A DNA stretch of 64,000 nucleotides, from contig NC_068982.1 in NCBI RefSeq assembly GCF_001194135.2, forward strand, positions 16,230,820 through 16,294,819. The letters run 5' to 3'. Under the pieces are notes generated by a model. That model worked only from the letters and a program-made list of their open reading frames with translations, was not told the origin of the DNA and did not search any database. The position numbers and the translations under genes are program-made. The stretch is from Octopus bimaculoides (taxonomy: Eukaryota). Shown in pieces: positions 62,806 to 64,000 of this stretch (the first letter of the stretch is position 1; every line of letters begins with the position of its first letter).

Positions 62806-64000
62806 NNNNNNNNNNTGAACATACACACACATACATATGTAATGTATGTCGACATATACACATACATGCATATCTATGTACATACATACATACACATATA
62901 TGGATGTGCATAGAAGCATTTACATATTAATGTAATGCAGTTGTACATTTCCCTTGGCTTCATTTTTAATCAAAACAGAACTGCTTATGCAGTTTTATAT
63001 ATTTAAAACATCCTAATGTCTTACTTAGCACTAGACTCAGTGTCTAGCATAAAAGAAAATATGATTTTTTTTTCTCTTTCTTCAGCAGCTAAAAAGTAAT
63101 AAATAAAATGTTTAAAGTAACACTTCGTTGCTTTTCATGTTGGGATTTAGCTTTATTATTAATGATTTTGTTCGTTTTAGAAATAACAACAAAATGATAT
63201 GACCTACATTTTTCATTAAAATAAAACTGATATAAAAATAAAATATATAAGAAATTTTGTCAGATACAAAATCTACAAGATGGATTAGATGGAATCTAAC
63301 ATATTTTACATATATATATATTATTAATTACTGTATATTAACTGCATATCAATTATTCAATATGTATTTCTTGCATATATTTCATCTCAACATCCAACTG
63401 ATAAAATTTCATCAAATACATTTTACGTCTTATTTGTATATTTACATGCTACTATACAAAATACTCATTCATTTATTTCCCATAATTATGTGAGGACACT
63501 TAAATTTGCCACAACCATTATTAGTGTTTTCAGTGCCAAGCCTTCATAATGCACATCTGTTTATTTACTAGGAACATATCACGAAGGTAGTGAAACACTT
63601 TCGCTTCAGCTAACTGTAACAATATAAAGATACAAATTTTAAAATCAAATCTCACACCACATGCTTGCTTCATCGTGGATATTTCCCAGTGGTTTTGTAT
63701 TGGAAAATGTATGACTCTTAATATTTACTATGAGTCAGTGCATGTAAATACAATACTGAGGCAGTCTACTTGAATAAAATCTGAAACCATGAATTCGTCA
63801 TAAATATACTGCATTATGAGAGTATTATGTTTCAGCTTTGTCTTCTTTCAGATCATTTATATACTTGTTGATATTTTAGTCGAAAGAATTACTATACAGG
63901 ATGTAAAACTTGCATTTCTGGCTATGTTGCTTGAGTTTACTGCAAATGATTACCAGAGTGCTGCTCCACAGCTATGATTTTGTTGTCATCCACTCATTGC

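Overview
AT-rich, microsatellite-dense eukaryotic scaffold with many N gaps. The repeat families look like those I recall from octopus (cephalopod) genomes; that taxon call is inference. Only one host coding sequence is well supported: a minus-strand terminal exon (1716-3053) encoding a long S/T/P/K-rich region and three C-terminal zinc fingers. It sits behind a strong splice acceptor, so its upstream exons should lie further right; a candidate in-frame first coding exon is at 18341-18464. The rest is layered transposon sequence: the intact-looking 3' end of a CR1/L2-group LINE (1-1180), decayed RTE and R4/Dong-like LINEs, several tRNA-headed SINE families (my labels A, C, D, V-like), an RTE-tail repeat (my label B), four Tc1/mariner remnants, and hAT-, piggyBac- and TA-flanked MITEs. 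Most notable: (1) the LINE 3' UTR and SINE-A tails share a conserved 3' stem-loop, suggesting a LINE/SINE partner pair; (2) several long fold-back structures (a 120-bp perfect palindrome, a ~150-bp-arm inverted MITE pair, inverted SINE duplications) are candidate dsRNA/ADAR substrates; (3) B repeats appear to be 3' ends of internally deleted RTE LINEs carrying a 66-bp VNTR. Nothing was run computationally. Family names come from motif recognition, and coordinates of decayed elements are approximate.
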